DNA of 64,000 nucleotides from Dicyema japonicum. Taxonomy: Eukaryota > Animalia > Dicyemida. The notes under the pieces are model-generated. The model was not told the DNA's origin, did not search any database, and saw nothing but the letters and a program-made list of their open reading frames with translations. This document shows, piece after piece, positions 61,760 to 64,000 of this stretch (position 1 is its first letter; the number at the start of each line of letters is the position of its first letter). The DNA is taken from assembly GCA_011109175.1 (NCBI GenBank), contig RDEW01000007.1:247712-311711 (forward strand), read 5' to 3'. The position numbers were made by a program, and so were the translations under genes.

Positions 61760-62530
61760 GCAACTGAAAGTTTTTATTACACCACTCTTAGATCTGGTAC
61801 GCCATGTAAGTCTACAACCGTTTCTCAGATACAAAATGGTTCAAATAAACATCATGAATTATGACGTCATCAGTGTATATAGAGAATTTTGTGCAAAGCA
61901 ATTCACTCATTACAAAGTTGATTAATAGAGGACTGAGCAATGAACCTTAAGGGACACCTTTTCTCAGCCAAATTTTTCATAGGTTAAAAAAATAACAATT
62001 GACCGTATTCGTATCAAAAAATAAGAAAACTTCGTATTCAAAAATAAAATTAATTTCCAACACCACATTTTGCAAGACAAATAACAAGTCCAAGATGCCA
62101 CAAACTATCGAAAGCATGGATATATCAAGGCAGACTGCGGTCGAACATCCTTTAGTTCTCAAAGTCTTCACAATTGACGCGTTAACACTGTACAAACAAC
62201 CTCCACAAGAGAGATTTTTGCGAAAACCCAACTGATGCTCTTTTAACATATCATTACTTTTTATGGTTCAGGGAGTCTGTTAACTACGATTCTTTCCATA
62301 ATTCTTGAAATTAGTAGTATAATGGTTATAGGCCTATGACTGGTTAAGTACCTAAGTTTCCCAGATTTATGTATCATTCTGACCTCCGTCAATATCCAAT
62401 GCGAAGGTTTAAGATCCAACCTGATACTGCACGTATAGAGACATCCCAGATATTCAGAGTGCTTCATTAAATAAACGCATACCGATCTTGTTTTTTCCAG
62501 GAGCATTGTCTTAGTGCATTTCACCGCATT
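61760..62530 (-). mobile_element. Degenerate I/Jockey-like RT fragment
   Basis: HRPITIILLISRIMERIV, QLGFRKNLSCGGCL, AVCLDIS, YTDDVI. Confidence 0.7.
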
Positions 62531-63042
62531 TTCAACTTTTCCAGCATTTATAGGGCTGTGATGCAGTGGTTAAGAACTAATTACTTTTTTTCTAGCTTTT
62601 CCTTAAGAAAACTGAGGGACAAACGAGACAAACGCTCGTCAGAGTAAACCTTCTATATTATTGATAGTTCTTGCCTAAACAGGTTAGGAAATTCTTCTAA
62701 GGATACAAGAAACCCATAATGTTTTTGCAAAAATTGAATTTTTTTTGAATATACGTCCAGTCACTTTGTTATAAACTTTCCAAAAGTTTGGGGTTTTCTA
62801 TACAATTCACTGAACTATCAATAAATTATTCTTGTTAACTTTTTTCTACTCTGCGTATTTCTTATGTGATCGTCATAATTTCCAGCTCCATGAGCCTACG
62901 ATCACGTGGATCGAAACCTAGCGTAGTTTCTCAATCATTGTTTTTTTTAAAAGGACTACACATTTTTGGTGTCGAAGGAAAATTTTTGTCAACCGAATAT
63001 ACTTTAATGTTCATTTATCTATTTTCCACTGCTATTCATTCT

Positions 63043-63160
63043 GTTGAAGGCTCCACGCATCTACGATGTTTTGGGATTGACGACTACGCCGTTCTCAGTG
63101 TTTAAAAACTGCGGAACTGAAGTGTTTTCTGGAACTCACACACAAACAAAAAGAACAGAA
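63043..63160 (+). mobile_element. Diverged fragment of the SINE core
   Basis: GAAGGCTCCACGCATCTACGATG...GACGACTACGCCGTT..CAGTG..ACTGCGGAACTG matches the core at 5474-5550. Confidence 0.6.
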
Positions 63161-63269
63161 AGACAAGTCAAGAAGACTTTCAATATCTTGCATATGTATC
63201 TTCGCTTTTTCAAATTCTATAATTCTCTAAAAGGTGTCTCGTCCCATGGCAATTCGCCTCTTGATTTCC

Positions 63270-64000
63270 AAGCCTCCGTCACCATTCCGATTAATTAGAC
63301 ATCCCAGAAAGACAACATTATCGCAACTCTCTATTTTCTCATTCCCAATTTTTAGTTCCATTATTAGCAGTACTCATAATTTTGGTCTTCTTGATATTTA
63401 GCAATAAACCAAAGACGACGCTCTATTCTCTGAATCTTAGAATCAACTCCCTGAGGCCATCCTCTGTTTCAGCCAGTAAAGTTGTATCGTCAGCATAGCG
63501 CAAATTATTGATGTTCCTGTTTCCAATTTTCATCTCGTTTTTTGATACAGTATCCAATTTAGTCATGATTATTTCGGCATAAATATTGAACAGGATGGGA
63601 GATAATAAGTATCCTTGTCTTGCTCCTTTACCAATTTTANAACTCCCTGAGGCCATCCTCTGTTTTAGCCAGTAAAGTTGTATCGTCAGCATAGCGCAAA
63701 TTATTGATGTTCTTGTTTCCAATTTTCATCCCGTTTTTTGATACAGTATCCAATTTTGTCATGATTATTTCGGCATAAATATTGAACAGGATGGGAGATA
63801 ATAAGTATCCTTGTCTTGCTCCTTTACCAATTTTAACCAATAGGTATCTCCATAGACTGTCCTAAAAGTAGCTTCTTGATCCTTATAAATAGATTTGATA
63901 AGCAATATCAGATGGGCATCGAATTCAAATTCTTTTAAAGCGGATGTATAACGGAATCATAAGCTTTCCAACAGTCAATGAAACACATGTATACATTATT
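63270..64000 (-). mobile_element. RTE-1/BovB-like RT fragment
   Basis: CFIDCWKAYDS, KIGKGARQGYLLSPILFNIYAEIIM, KIGNRNINNLRYADDTTLLAETEDGL, LNIKKTKIM. Segment duplicated across the n at 63640. Confidence 0.85.

Noticed and set aside
62551-62915. tRNA-like A box (GGCTGTGATGCAGTGGTTAAG) and a separate reverse B-box-like motif
   Set aside because: No cloverleaf can be formed and the boxes are on opposite strands, far apart. At most these are SINE debris.
47300-63840. Tandem duplications of roughly 60-220 bp around single n bases (47491, 48387, 49447, 52468, 52826, 61148, 63640), including the doubled 28S fragment
   Set aside because: Every one is centred on a gap character, which is typical of unmerged contig overlaps or alleles, not biological repeats.

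Overview
Eukaryotic, AT-rich window from a compact animal genome. It holds a few islands of genes with extremely short introns, embedded in a dense field of decayed non-LTR retrotransposons. Recognised genes: HIBCH, DDX10/DBP4, two LCAT/PLA2G15-family copies (the second pseudogenised), BICD, SPRTN, CRIPT and two SLC16/MCT-like transporters. RNA genes: one U2 snRNA and an isolated 28S rRNA fragment. Nearly all introns I could delimit are 21-26 nt and GT-AG. Together with BICD (an animal gene) this suggests, by inference only, a reduced parasite such as a dicyemid, orthonectid or myxozoan. Mobile elements: RTE (including a BovB-like piece), I/Jockey-like LINEs (some with gag-like zinc-knuckle ORF1), CRE-like and R4-like restriction-endonuclease-type fragments, and a tRNA-headed SINE family with target-site duplications. 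There are two local segmental duplications (about 7.7-11.6 vs 16.35-18.6 kb, and about 43.3-46.7 vs 57.8-61.6 kb). The most interesting signals are 2A/StopGo peptides at LINE N-termini, a SINE whose tail is shared with the resident RTE LINE, a covarying 3' stem-loop in nine LINE ends, a 28S fragment lying just upstream of an R4-like element, and a non-GT intron in HIBCH. Caveats: many single-base frameshifts fall in homopolymers, and seven single-n gaps are flanked by duplicated sequence, so the assembly is error-prone. All translations and alignments were done by eye and element boundaries are approximate.
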